From Anaeramoeba ignava BMAN (Eukaryota; Protista; Anaeramoebae), in assembly GCA_028826165.1 (NCBI GenBank), contig JAPDFW010000084.1:248001-312000 (forward strand): a stretch of 64,000 nt of DNA. Reading direction: 5' to 3'. The first letter of the stretch is position 1, and every line of letters starts with the position of its first letter. Made by a program: the position numbers and the translations under genes. This document shows, in pieces, positions 25,101-37,619 of the stretch. Below the pieces are notes generated by a model. That model saw only the letters and a program-made list of their open reading frames with translations. It ran no database searches and had not been told where the DNA came from.

Positions 25101-28100
25101 ATAAATTTAATAATAATTTTAATAATAAATTCAATAATAAATTTAATAATAAATTTAATAATAATTTTAATAATAATTTTAATAATAATTTTAATAATAA
25201 ATATAATAATAAATATAATAATAATTATAATAATAATTTTTAATAATAAATTTATAATAATTTTAATAATAAATTTAATAATAATTATAATAATAATTTT
25301 AATAATAATTTTAATAATAAATTTAATAATAAATTTAATAATAAATTTAATAATAATTTTAATAATAAATTTAATAATAATTATAATAATAATTTTAATA
25401 ATAAATATAATAATAATTATAATAATAATTTTAATAATAAATATAATAATAAATTTAATAATAAATTTAATAATAATTTTATTAATAATTTTATTAATAA
25501 ATTAGTTGGAATCAAATCCAAATTTAACTAAAGGATTTATGGATCTTTTTGTTGGATATGCCCAATTAATCCTTTTACTTTCTAATTTTCAAGGCAGAAG
25601 ATTATTTCTGGTTTTATATCGTTTAGTTGTTTATCTTAAAACTAGAACAGATTTTGAAGATTTTGGACCTCTTTTAATTTTATTTCATAAATATGATAAC
25701 CCAATGAAACAATTATATGAAGATTTGCATGATTTTGCTCCTGCTGTTTCTCCAGCTCTTGGAAGTTTGATTCCACTTTTTACATTAGTTTCAACACCTG
25801 ATGTAATTAAAAATTAAAATTCATTTCGAAAATTAAAATTAAAATTCATTTTGAAAATTAAAATTAAAATTAAAATTAAAATTAAAATTCATTTTGAAAA
25901 TTAAAATTCATTTTCAAAATTAAAATTCATTTTCAAAATTAAAATTTAAAAAGGAACTGAGAAAGAAAGGTGTGTTTTCAATTACTTTACAAGAAAATTT
26001 ATTACAATATCCAATCGAAGACAATATCCATTTTCAACTTCCTTATTTTTCAACATATACACAATGGATAATATATGGATTATTATTCTGCCCTCAATTA
26101 TTTGAATCAGAACAATTTCACACTTTGCTTTATTTAGTTCTTGCAAATTCTTATATTATTCCAATTTATCGAGATGTTACATTCTTTCCTCATCAAGAAT
26201 TTGAAAATTTATTTGGATTGAATTTGTTAAAAACAATGAAAACATCAAAAAGAAAACAAAATATTTCAACTGCTTTAAATAACGCAATTACAAAAAGTCA
26301 TCAATATCATCGTGAACTTCGCGCTTTTCTTCGTCAAGAAATTAATGCTTTAGCAAATTTTATGATTTCAAGACCAACTTTACTTCCTCTCAAAATTCAT
26401 GTGATTATTAAAATTTAATTGAAATCAAAATTGAAAATTTTTAAAATTTTTTTTAAATTCAATTTAGATCGTTTTAAGTGCAATTGGTTTTTGTATTTAT
26501 GAAGTTAATTGGCTCTTTCGCCATAAAAGAGATACTCCAAAATCTAAATTCAAAGTATCTCCTGATGATTTAAAACCAACAGATATTCTTCCGTTAATGA
26601 ATATCATTGAGAAACTTTACAATGTTGTTTCAACAAATACAGAAAGTAAAAACAAATTTTTTATCAAGAAAAAAAGAGTAGAAAATTAACAAAAAATTCC
26701 AAAAAAAAATTGTTTGTGTTCTTTCTCTATAGTTATTCAAAGATATTATTATAAATTTCTGATTCGAAACGATTTAAAAGCTTTGGAAAGATATTATATT
26801 CAATTTTTTCAAGAAAGAAAAGATAAACTTAAAGACATTTTCGAACAAAATTTAAAGTTTATTGAAGAACTAAGCGAGGAAAAAATAAAAAATAATACTT
26901 CAAATTTAGACATATTAAGACTGAATTGGTTTAGAAGTGAATGCGCACTTTCTTTCAAATCATTTTCAATAACAGAACCTGGACTCAATAAACTTGGAGA
27001 GTTTCCAAGTCGATTGCAAAAACATATTGAAAGATCCAAAATGATCGATATTATGATTTCACAATTAAATTTAGTTGGAGGAATCCACACATTTTATCCA
27101 TATATTCAAGATATTTATTCGATTGTTTACGATACAATTCCATCACCAAATCTGGAGCAAGAAAATTGCATTATTTTTTTGAAATTGCTGAATAATTCCC
27201 ACATGATTATTTCACCTTTTTACACTGAAGAATTACAAATAATCGGAAAGAAATCCAAACACTATGCAAAAAGATTATTTCATGTAATTTCGGTTAGAAT
27301 AACTGGACTTGTCCGGAGTATTGCAAGCATCAAATTTGGATTTACTTTTTTGGATCAGCAAATCACGCCAGTTAATGCTGCTCTTCATTTAATAAACGAG
27401 CAAATGTCTGAACAAAAAGGAGCAAATAAACAAGAACTTCTTTTTCCAGGTGTTGAATCTTTATTTAATCAAAGAAAGCGAGTTGAACAACTGCAAAAAT
27501 GGCAAAACCAATTTTATCGACTAGCTCAAGTGCTGAGTTTTTATCCTACTTTTGAAATTTATAATAAAAGGTTTTCTCCTTCAAAGTTTCTTATTGAAGA
27601 ACTTGAAAATGGAGTAAAAGGTCATTTACTTAAGTTAATTTATGAAGATGATGAAAGATCTATTATTCAAAAGCCTTCTGTTTTTCTTAGCATTGTTTTG
27701 AATTTAATTTATTCATTGAAATTGGTTGAAGATATTCGTATTTATTTAAAAAATCATTTATGAAATAATTTTAAAAATTTATGAATTTATTATAAAATTT
27801 ATTCAATAGTTAACATAAATACACTTGAAATTGTTCGAAAAGTAATGCTTAAACAAATATATCAAAACAATGGAGGTGCTCGAGGACAGATAATATCACT
27901 CCGAGAGCCAGCAATTTTAGATTCAAGTATAATATCCGAATATATGACTTGGATTTCAAGTTTTATTCAAAATTATATTACTGATGGTGTGATTTATTCT
28001 CCTTTAAGAAAAGCTTTTATTTCACTTCCTGGAATGTTGTTTTTATCAGAAGTTTATTTTAATATTCAAGAAATGGAAGCTCTTTGTAATTTTTTTGGTC

Positions 28101-29596
28101 CTTATGGAATTCGTTCAATTGATAATCAAATACTTAGATTTATTGTTAAAGATATTCTTGAATTGAAGGTTTATTTTTATTTAATTTAATTTTTATTTAA
28201 TTTAATTTTGATTTTATTTAATTTTTATTTAATTTAATTTTAATTAGGATTTTGTTTTCCAAAATTCTGAAAATATTCAAAAATTTGCTGCTTGTTATAA
28301 TGAATTAGATAAATCTTGGGAATTTATTAAAAAAATTACAAATATTGAAAAGATTCTTGATCTTTTAATTCATATTGGTGCAACTCTTCAATTAAGAGAA
28401 TTAATTTATGAAGCACTTCATAAATCATTAAAAAACAATGCTTCTTTAATTTATGAAAATGTTGAATTAGCATTCACACAAGTAAATCATTAAAATTCAT
28501 TTATAAAATTAAAATTCATTTATAAAATTAAATTTAAAATTAAAATTAAAATTAAAATTAAAATCAAATTTAAAATTAAAATTCATTTATAAAATTAAAA
28601 TTCAATTTAAAATTAAAATTAAATTTAAAATTAAAATTAATTTTTTAAATTTTAAAATTTAAATTAAAATTTAAATTTAAAATTAAAATTCATTTATAAA
28701 ATTAAAATTAAAATTAAAATTAAAATTAAAATTAAAATTCATTTATAAAATTAAAATTAAAATTAAAATTAAAATTAAATTTAAAATTAAAATTAAAATT
28801 AAAATTAAAATTAAAATTAAAATTCATTTATAAAATTAAAATTAAAATTAAAATTAAAATTAAATTTAAAATTCATTTATAAAATTAAATTTAAAATTAA
28901 AAGTATCCCGAAAATTTATTAGCCAAAGAAGAATTTATAGACATAGATTGTTATGCACAATCATGTGGATTATTATCAAATTCATTAGTAGATCATCCAT
29001 TTCGAGAAGCAATTATGATAGCAAATCAAACAGGAACAGGAATAGATTGGGGACTTTTACCTTATTTATTCGGAATATTATTTGCAAGTCCAACATGGAT
29101 TTTTGCAAATTATTTACCAAATATTGATTCTCATTTAAACAACTCACATTGCATTGTTAAATCAATTAAAAAACTCCTTGTTATTCCATTTACAGTTCAA
29201 AGAAAACACATCACAAAATTGGAAGAAGAAGGAGAAATTTATTTGAAAAATCAATTCAGAAAATTCATTGAAGTTTCTTCTTTTGTTATTCTTCAAGTGG
29301 ATCGCAATAAAGATCCTAAAAAACCTGTTTTAATTCGTGATATGTTTGTGATTCTTGATAAATTTATTGATAATTCAAATATTTTCTCTCGTGATTTACT
29401 TGATGAATTTATTCCTTATACTTTTTTAAGAACAATTTATTCTCGTTTCTTTAGAGAAACTAAAGCTGACCAAAAAGATGAAGATTTTGCAAAGGTTTCA
29501 AATGAACCAAAAGAAGAAATTATTGAAAATTCTCAACCTCAAATCTCTCAAACAAAATCAATTAATGAAAATGAGAAAGAAATCGAAAATAATTAA
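22193..29596 (+). CDS. NCKAP1: Nap1/NCKAP1/Hem subunit of the SCAR/WAVE complex
   Basis: Ten exons joining in frame: 22193-22276, 22364-22474, 22596-22745, 25506-25802, 25954-26400, 26468-26645, 26733-27737, 27810-28168, 28248-28481, 28904-29596. Motifs GLLSQLYNLK, EVNWLFRH, IIQRYY, LRLNWFR, FPGVES, EMEALCNFFGPYG, NNSHC, FIPYTFLR. Confidence 0.95.
22755..25500. repeat. (AATAATAAATTT)n ~12-mer array filling Nap1 intron 3 (22746-25505)
   Basis: Directly visible; same family as 3655-6345. Confidence 0.95.
28490..28900. repeat. (AAAATT)n hexamer array with AAAATTCATTTAT variants in Nap1 intron 9
   Basis: Directly visible. Confidence 0.9.
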
Positions 29597-29667
29597 CAAA
29601 AAAATTTGGTTTTAATTTTTTAATAAAAATAAAAATAAAAATAAATAAAAATAAATAAATAAAATAA

Positions 29668-29810
29668 TGATGTGGACGGGATTCGAACCCGCGCTTCCAA
29701 AGGAAAATGACTTTCTAGTGTTAATCCTATAAGACGGACCATTTAATAAATTAAATGATCAAAGGGAAATAGGAATATAAACATCGCCTTAACCACTCGG
29801 CCACCACATC
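29668..29810 (-). tRNA. Class II tRNA, most likely tRNA-Ser(AGA), with a ~61-62 nt insertion in the 5' side of the anticodon arm
   Basis: Acceptor stem GATGTGG/CCACATC; A-box TGGCCGAGTGGTTAAGGCG; B-box GGTTCGAATCC; 14-nt variable region T-TTCC-TTT-GGAA-GC; Ser-type CT-AGA-AA loop (anticodon 29716-29714); T-rich sequence downstream. Isotype is less certain because the discriminator is A and the anticodon stem does not close perfectly. Confidence 0.85.
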
Positions 29811-29884
29811 TTTTTATTTTAATTTTTATTTTAATTTTTTTTTATATTTTTTAAAAATTGGAAAAAGACCTCTTTTATAATCAA

Positions 29885-30885
29885 ATTTATTTTCTATTTC
29901 TAATTAAATTATTAATATAAATTTATTTTCTATTTATAAATAAATTTACTTTTTATTTATAAATAAATTATTAATATAAATTTACTTTCTATTTATAAAT
30001 AAATTAATAATATAAATTTATTTTCTATTTATAAATAAATTAATAATATAAATTTATTTTTTTATTTTAAATTTATTTTTTATTTTAAATAAATTAATAT
30101 AAATTTATTTTTCAATTTATAAATAAATTATTAATATAAATTTATTTTCTATTTCTAATTAAATTATTAATATAAATTTACTTTTTATTTCTAATTAAAT
30201 AAATTAAATAAATAAATTTTTATTTTCTATTTCCTTATAAATTAAAAATTTATTTTCTATTTAATAAAATATAAATTTTATTTTCAATTTATTTAAATAA
30301 ATAATTAATTTAAATTTCTATTTCTAAATAAATTAATAATATAAATTTTTTTAAAAATGAATTTTCCCTTCATTTCTAAATAAATTTAATAATATAAATT
30401 TATTTTCTATTTCTAAATAAATTAATAATATAATTTTACTTTAAATTTTTTATAAATAAATTTATAATATAAATTTACTTTCGAATTTCTAAATAAATTA
30501 TTAATATAAATTTACTTTCTATTTTTATAATTAAATTATTAATATAAATTTATATTTACTTTTTCTATTTATAAATAAATTATTAATATAAATTTACTTT
30601 TTATTTCTAAATAAATTATTAATATAAATTTATTTTCAATTTATAAATAAATTATTAATATAAATTTATTTTCTATTTCTAAATAAATTTATTTGGTATT
30701 TCTAAATAAATTATTAATATAAATTTACTTTCAATTTATAAATAAAATAATTAATATAATTTTAATTTAAAAAAAAATTTTATAAATAAAATAAATTTAC
30801 TTTCTATTTATAAATAAATTTATTTTCTATTTCTAAATAAATTATTAATATAAATTTACTTTCTATTTATAAATAAATTATTAAA
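29885..30885. repeat. ~36-nt AT-rich minisatellite (AAATAAATTATTAATATAAATTTACTTTCTATTTAT) upstream of the tRNA
   Basis: Directly visible, degenerate in the centre. Confidence 0.85.
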
Positions 30886-30958
30886 ATAAAAATTAACGGA
30901 AATTTGAAAATGAAAAAATGAAAAAATGAAAAATATTTTATTTTTATTTATTTTTATT

Positions 30959-31318
30959 TTAATTTAAATTTGAATTTGAATTATTCTTTTCTTCAATTTC
31001 CATATTATTTTCAGCTTCATTTGGTAATGTTGCAAAATTTGTACAAGAAATAAATTGCAAAAGTTTTGGAAAATGTTGATATTTTTCACATAATTCAGTT
31101 TTCTTTTGAAGAATTTTTTTTTTCTGATCTAAAAGTTCTAATTGTTCTTCACGAGTAATTTTAAGTTCAGGACTGCTTTCAAGAATAGAAAAGCATTTTT
31201 CAATTTTTTCATCAAAAATTTGTACAGCTTTTGCAACTTCAACTGTTGAATTATTTTCAATTTTTTCTAATATTTTTAATACTTTTGGTAAAAGTTGAAA
31301 ATTTTGTTCAAATTCCAT
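30959..31318 (-). CDS. MED9: Mediator subunit 9-like protein
   Basis: 119 aa; FQLLPKVLKIL...KIEKCFSILESSP...TREEQLELL...KKTELCEKY pattern typical of MED9. Confidence 0.75.
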   Translation of the reverse strand: MEFEQNFQLLPKVLKILEKIENNSTVEVAKAVQIFDEKIEKCFSILESSPELKITREEQLELLDQKKKILQKKTELCEKYQHFPKLLQFISCTNFATLPNEAENNMEIEEKNNSNSNLN

Positions 31319-31584
31319 TTAAAAAATTAAATTTAAAAAAATGAAAAATGAAAAATGAAAAATGAAAAATGAAAAATAAATTTTTTATTAAACTTTCTTT
31401 TTGTTTTTTTTTTTTTTGTTTTTGTTTTTTGTTTTTTCCGAATAATTTTGATTTCTTGTTTTAGATTATTTTTTTTTTTGATTTAATTGCTCGTAAAAAA
31501 TCGAAAAAGATTTCTATTTAAAAAAAGGTTTTGTTTTTGTTAAAAAAATGTTAAAAATTTTTTTTTTGGATTAAAAAAATTTTT

Positions 31585-34500
31585 TCATACTTGAAAGCTG
31601 GAATAAAATGAGATGGATTCTTGTAATTTCATCACAAATAATTGAATCAATTTCACCATTTGAGGTAAATTATCAACAGAATTTGAAGAGTAAATAGATT
31701 GAATTTTTTTTGCAGTTTGTTGTGAAAGATTTAGATCTTTATTCTTTTTCTTAATTTGAGTTTCCAAATCAGAAAAAAGTGATGAATAAATGGAATTTTT
31801 TCTTTGATCTAATTGTGGATCAAATTGGGAAAGATCTTCAATTGAGTTAACAAATTCAAAAACTTCATCACTTTCTTTTTTTGTTTTAATTTCTTGAATA
31901 ATGTTTTGAATTTCTGAATTTTCTTGAATATTTTCACTTAATTTTTGGAATTCTTCAATATCGCTAATAGTATTTGAATCAAAAAAATACGATTCAATTG
32001 TTAATACTTGGTCAAATTTTTGTTGGTGAGCTTTAAAAAAAATATCTAATTTTTGGTCTGAATTTGTTGCTTGAGTTAAAAAGTTCCCAAATTTTTGAAC
32101 AAAAGAAAAAAATTCACTTTTTGTTTGAAAATATTAAAGTAATAATTTAAAAATTAAAATTAAATCAATTTCTTTTTGATTTAAATTTACGATTGTTTTA
32201 ATTCTTTTTGAACTTGAAAATATTGTGAGTGCATTTTTTCTCTTAATTGATTTTGATATTGAAATAATTTGTTTATCTGTTCCATTCCATTCTAAAATTC
32301 AATTTTGAATTTTAATTTTGAATTTTAATTTTAATTTTAATTTTAATTTTAATTTTAATTTTAAATTTTAATTTTAATTTTAATTTTAATTTTAATTTTA
32401 ATTTTGATTTTTGATTTTAATTTTGATTTTAATTTTAATTTTAATTTTAATTTTAATTTTAATTTTAAATTTTAATTTTAATTTTAATTTTAATTTTAAT
32501 TTTAATTTTAATTTTAATTTTAATTTTAATTTTAATTTTAATTTTGATTTTAATTTTAATTTTAATTTTAATTTAAATTTTAATTTTAAATTTTTGATTT
32601 TTAATTTTAATTTTAATTTTAATTTTAATTTTGATTTTGATTTTAATTTTAATTTTAATTTTGAATTTTAATTTTAATTTTAATTTTATAAATGAATTTT
32701 AATTTTAATTTTGATTTTAATTTTAATTTTAATTTTAATTTTAATTTTAATTTTAATTTTAATTTTGATTTTAATTTTAATTTTAAATTTTAATTTTAAT
32801 TTAATTTTAAATTTTAATTTGATTTTAATTTTAATTTTAATTTTAATTTTAATTTTAATTTTAATTTTAATTTTTAATTTTAATTTTAATTTTAATTTTA
32901 ATTTTAATTTTTAATTTTGAATTTTAATTTTAATTTTAATTTTAATTTTAATTTTAATTTGATTTTTGAATTTTAATTTTGAATTTTAATTTTAATTTTA
33001 ATTTTAATTTTAAGTTTTAATTTTAATTTTAGTTTAATTTTTGATTTTAATTTTGATTTTAAATTTTAATTTTAATTTTAATTTTGAGTTTTAATTTTAA
33101 TTTTAATTTTAATTTTAAATTTTAATTTTTAATTTTAATTTTAATTTTAATTTTAATTTTGATTTTGAATTTTAATTTTAATTTTAATTTTAATTTTAAT
33201 TTTAATTTTAATTTTAATTTTAATTTTAATTTTAATTTTAATTTTAAATTTGATTATTTTATACTTTGCTTATTATATCTTTCATAAAAGGTACTGAATT
33301 AGAAATTATGGAAATTTCTTGAAACAATGAATTATTGATAAATTCTTGAATGTTTTTTTCCAAATTATTGTATTTTTGTTCAATCATTTGAATTTGCTTT
33401 TCCAAAGAATCAAAATATTTTTTAATTGATTTCATAACAAAAATTGGAACTAAATTAACAAGTGGTTCATTTTTAATATACTCAGAAAAAATGACATCTT
33501 TTGATGGTTGTGTAATTAATTGATTGGGAGGAATTGCTTTCAAATTTTTATAACTTGGAATTTCAGTTAACATGAATTTTGCTTCTTTTTCTTCTTTTTC
33601 TAACATATTTGTTAATCTCTAATATAATATTTTTAAATTTTGATTTTAAATTTGATTTTGATTTTAATTTTGATTTTGATTTAATTTTAAATTATATTTA
33701 ACTGGTTCAATATCTTTCATTGCTTCATTAAGTTCAGTAAAATTTGATTTAATTTTTTTGAATTCTTTTAATCTGGAAGTTGCATAACGAAGTCTAGAAA
33801 TTTTCTCTTCATTTTTGATAGTTTTTTTTTTATGAGTTGAATCAGTTGAATAATCCAAATTCATTAATATATCCCAAAATAAAAGTTTTGATTGAATGTG
33901 ATCCCAAAATTCCTGGAATAATATAAATTTATTTTAATTTTGAATTTAAATTTTAATTTAATTTGATTTTAATTTTGATTTTAATTTCTAAATGTACAGT
34001 TGGCAATTTTTTACTAAAAGAAGCTGTCACATATCTCATTGCTTTTTTATAAAGTTCACAAATTTGAGATAAAACAGTTGGAGTAGACTTAAATTTTCCT
34101 GTTCTTTTTGACCATGAAAACATAGCTTCTTCACCTTGTGCAAGCATTATAGTTGAACAAAAATCTAAAAACTCAGGACTTAAATCAAATGTTGATTCTG
34201 GTAATTTCTTTGTGATTTCTTTAACAAAAAGAAACCATTTTGAAGCTTGTGAAAATATTCTCATAATTTCTTTAAGTTCTGCAACATCACTATAAGATAA
34301 AGTCATTGGTGCTTGGCTTAAAATTGATGCATAATTAAATAAAATTGATGCTTTTTCGAATTCGAAATCTGGGGAAGAATCTTTTTGAATTAAAATTAAT
34401 TTAAATATTTAATTTAATTTTATTTAATTTAATTTAATTTGATTTAATTTGATTTAATTTGATTTAATTTGATTTAATTTGATTTGATTTGATTTGATTT

Positions 34501-35394
34501 GATTTGATTTGATTTGATTTGATTTGATTTAATTTGATTTAATTTGATTTAATTTGATTTAAATATTTGATTTGATTTGATTTAAATATTTGATTTAAAT
34601 ATTTAATTTGATTTAATTTGATTTAATTTGATTTAATTTGATTTAAATATTTGATTTGATTTGATTTAATTTAATTTGATTTAATTTAATTTAATTTAAT
34701 TTTATTTGATTTGATTTAATTTAAATATTAAATTTGATTTGATTTGATTTGATTTAATTTGATTTGATTTAATTTGATTTAATTTAATTTGATTTAATTT
34801 AAATATTTAATTTGGTTTAATTTGATTTGATTTAATTTGATTTGATTTAAATATTTGATTTAAATATTTAATTTGATTTGATTTAATTTGATTTAATTTG
34901 ATTTAATTTGATTTAATTTGATTTGATTTAATTTAATTTAATTTAATTTGATTTGATTTGATTTGATTTAATTTAATTTAAATATTTGATTAAATATTTA
35001 CAAGTGCTATTCGCAAAGGATGAATTCCATTTCCATTTAATTTTGATCTTTTCTGCACCACCATAACGAGGATGTAATAATTTATTTTGTAATAAATTTA
35101 AATAACCGACATATCTTGTAAATAAAAAAAATAAAACGGAAAAAAAAATAAATTGATTTTTTTTTTTAAATATTTCTTTAAAAAAAATTACTCAAAAATA
35201 ATATCGTTGCTTTTATAAGAAGTGATTTCTCTTGATTTTTTTGCAAGTTCTTCAATTTTTTGAAAAGAATTTGAAAATTGTTTGACATCTCCTAGTTTTT
35301 TTTCAGTAAAAAAATTTGAAAGTTTTTTTGCAATTTTTGGTGATTTGCTTTTTTTTGATGGAATAATAATAAGTGAAGGTCTTATTGTAAGCAT
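31585..35394 (-). CDS. BRO1-domain protein with ALIX V-like helical region (ESCRT accessory)
   Basis: Exons 35394-35192, 35114-35002, 34380-33998, 33912-33703, 33618-33265, 32291-32191, 32116-31585 join in frame. BRO1 motifs WKWNSSF, FEKASILFNYASILSQ, DLSPEFL...MLAQGEE. Confidence 0.88.
32295..33250. repeat. (AATTTT)n hexamer array (AAAATT on the sense strand) filling BRO1 intron 5
   Basis: Directly visible. Confidence 0.95.
34390..34998. repeat. (GATTT/AATTT)n pentamer array filling BRO1 intron 2
   Basis: Directly visible. Confidence 0.95.
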
Positions 35395-35579
35395 TTTAAA
35401 AATTTATCAAAAAAAAAACGGAAAAAAAAAATGAAAATTAAAAATTTAAAAAAAAGGAAAAAAAAATTAAATTTAGAATTTAAAAAAAAAAAGAAAAAGC
35501 TTTTTTTTCCGATTTTTCTTTTTTCTTTCATTTTTTATTTTTTATTTTTTTCTAAATTAATTTGTTAAATTGTTAATTA

Positions 35580-36701
35580 ATGATTTCTTATTCTTTTTTT
35601 AATCAAAAAAAATCAACTTCTTCTTTTAATAAATTTTTATTTTCAACAATTTCAAATTATAAACAAATAATTTATTATCAACATGGAGATCCAAGAAAAG
35701 TATTAAAATTTGAAGAAGGAAATGAAGAAATCAAAAAAGAATTGAAACCCAATGAAATTCTAATTAAAATGAAAATGGCACCAATAAATCCGGCAGATTT
35801 AAATCAAATTGAAGGAGTTTATCCGTTGAAACCAAAGCTCCCCGCTATTGGAGGAAATGAAGGTATCGGGGAAGTTATTGAGATAGGAAAAGATGTCAAG
35901 AATCAAAATTTATTCAAGATTGGGGATTATGTTATTCCCACAAGACCAGCAATTGGAACTTGGAGAACTCACTTGAAAATCAATTATGAAAAAGCAGTTA
36001 AAATTTCTTCCAAAATTGACCCAGTTATATTGTCAAATATGGGACTTGTTCGAACAGCAATGAAATTAATAACCGGGTTTGAATCATTGAATAAAGGTGA
36101 TTTTCTTGTGCAAAATGCGGCTAATTCTGCTGTTGGTCAATCAGTTATTCAAATTGCAAAATTTTATGGATTTAAAACTATAAATTTTATTCGTTATAAA
36201 AATGCAAATTTATATAATGAAACAAAAAACTATCTTGAATCGATTGGCGCAGATTTTGTTTCGAATGATATTGAACTCAAAGATATTAAGAATTTTCGAA
36301 AGAAATTCAATCAAGAATGGGGATTTAAAAATCAAAAAAAACCGAAACTATTTTTAAATTGTGTTGGAGATTTTTGGGTTGATTTGATCGCAAAAATACT
36401 TGGTAATGATTCTTCTATTGTTACATATGGAGGGATGGCAAGAGGATCTAAAGTTTCTATTTCTCCTTCCAAATTAATTTTCCAAAATTTCAAGTTATTT
36501 GGTTTTTGGCTATCTCAATGGCTCAATACTCATTCTAATGATCAAATTATCAGTTTGAATTCTTTATGTCAAGATATGTTGCATCAAGTTGATTTCAAAA
36601 TTAAAACTCAAGTTGTTTCATTTAATGATTTTTATTTAGCTCTTGATAAAAATTTCAAAAATGAGCCAAATCGAGGAAAGATTGTTTTGAAAATGGATTA
36701 A
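35580..36701 (+). CDS. MECR: Mitochondrial-type trans-2-enoyl-CoA/ACP reductase (MDR family, MECR/Etr1-like)
   Basis: APINPADLNQIEGVYP...GGNEGIGEV, GTWRT, QNAANSAVGQSVIQIA, LNCVG, VTYGGMA, GFWL motifs; N-terminus is S/F/K-rich with no acidic residues. Confidence 0.93.
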   Translation: MISYSFFNQKKSTSSFNKFLFSTISNYKQIIYYQHGDPRKVLKFEEGNEEIKKELKPNEILIKMKMAPINPADLNQIEGVYPLKPKLPAIGGNEGIGEVIEIGKDVKNQNLFKIGDYVIPTRPAIGTWRTHLKINYEKAVKISSKIDPVILSNMGLVRTAMKLITGFESLNKGDFLVQNAANSAVGQSVIQIAKFYGFKTINFIRYKNANLYNETKNYLESIGADFVSNDIELKDIKNFRKKFNQEWGFKNQKKPKLFLNCVGDFWVDLIAKILGNDSSIVTYGGMARGSKVSISPSKLIFQNFKLFGFWLSQWLNTHSNDQIISLNSLCQDMLHQVDFKIKTQVVSFNDFYLALDKNFKNEPNRGKIVLKMD

Positions 36702-36714
36702 ATTTGAAATGAAA

Positions 36715-37540
36715 CTACAAAACAAAACAAAACAAAACAAATCAAATCAAATCAAAACAAATCAAATCAAATCAAATCAAATCAAATTAAATCAAATCAA
36801 ATATTTAAATTAAATCAAATTAAATCAAATTAATTCAATTCAATTCAATATTTAATATTCAATTCAATTCAATTCAATTCAATTCAATATTCAATTCAAT
36901 TCAATTCAATTCAATTCAATATTCAATTCGATATTCAATTCAATATTCAATTCAATTCAATATTCAATTCAATCCAATTCAATTCAATTCATTATTCAAT
37001 TCAATATTCGATTCAATATTCAATTAATATTCAATATTTCAATTCAATTCATATTTCAATTTATTCATTTCAATATTCAATTCAATATTCAATATTCAAT
37101 ATTCAATCATTATTCAATATTCAATATTCAATTTCAATTATTCAATTTAATTCAATATTCAATTCCAATATTTAATATTCAATATTCAATATTCAATTCA
37201 ATTCAATATTTAATCCAATATTCAATTCAATTCAATTCAATATTTAATATTCAATTCAATTCAATTCAATATTCAATTCAATATTTAATTTAATTCAATA
37301 TTCAATTCAATTCAATTCAATACAATTCAATATTTAATATTCAATTCAATATTCAATATTCAATATTCAATTTAATATTTAATTCAATATTTAATTTCCA
37401 ATTCAATTCAATTCAATATTCAATTCAATATTCAATTCAATATTCAATTCAATTCAATTTAATATTCAATTTAATATTCAATTCAATATTTAATTTAATT
37501 CAATATTCAATTCAATTTAATATTCAATTTAATTATCAAT
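36715..37540. repeat. Intergenic microsatellite grading from (AAAAC)n to (AAATC)n to (AATTC/AATATTC)n
   Basis: Directly visible; reverse complement of the + strand NMD3 intron repeat. Confidence 0.92.
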
Positions 37541-37619
37541 CTAAATAAAAATCAAATAAAAATCAAAATTTTTTTTTTCATTTTTTTTTTCATTTTTTTT
37601 TCTTTCTTTTATTTTAATA

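Noticed and set aside
29668-29810. tRNA-Leu(TAG) or two-intron tRNA-Ile(TAT) readings
   Set aside because: Leu(TAG) needs A32/C33 and breaks the stem register. Ile(TAT) needs two G-U pairs and is incompatible with a long variable arm.
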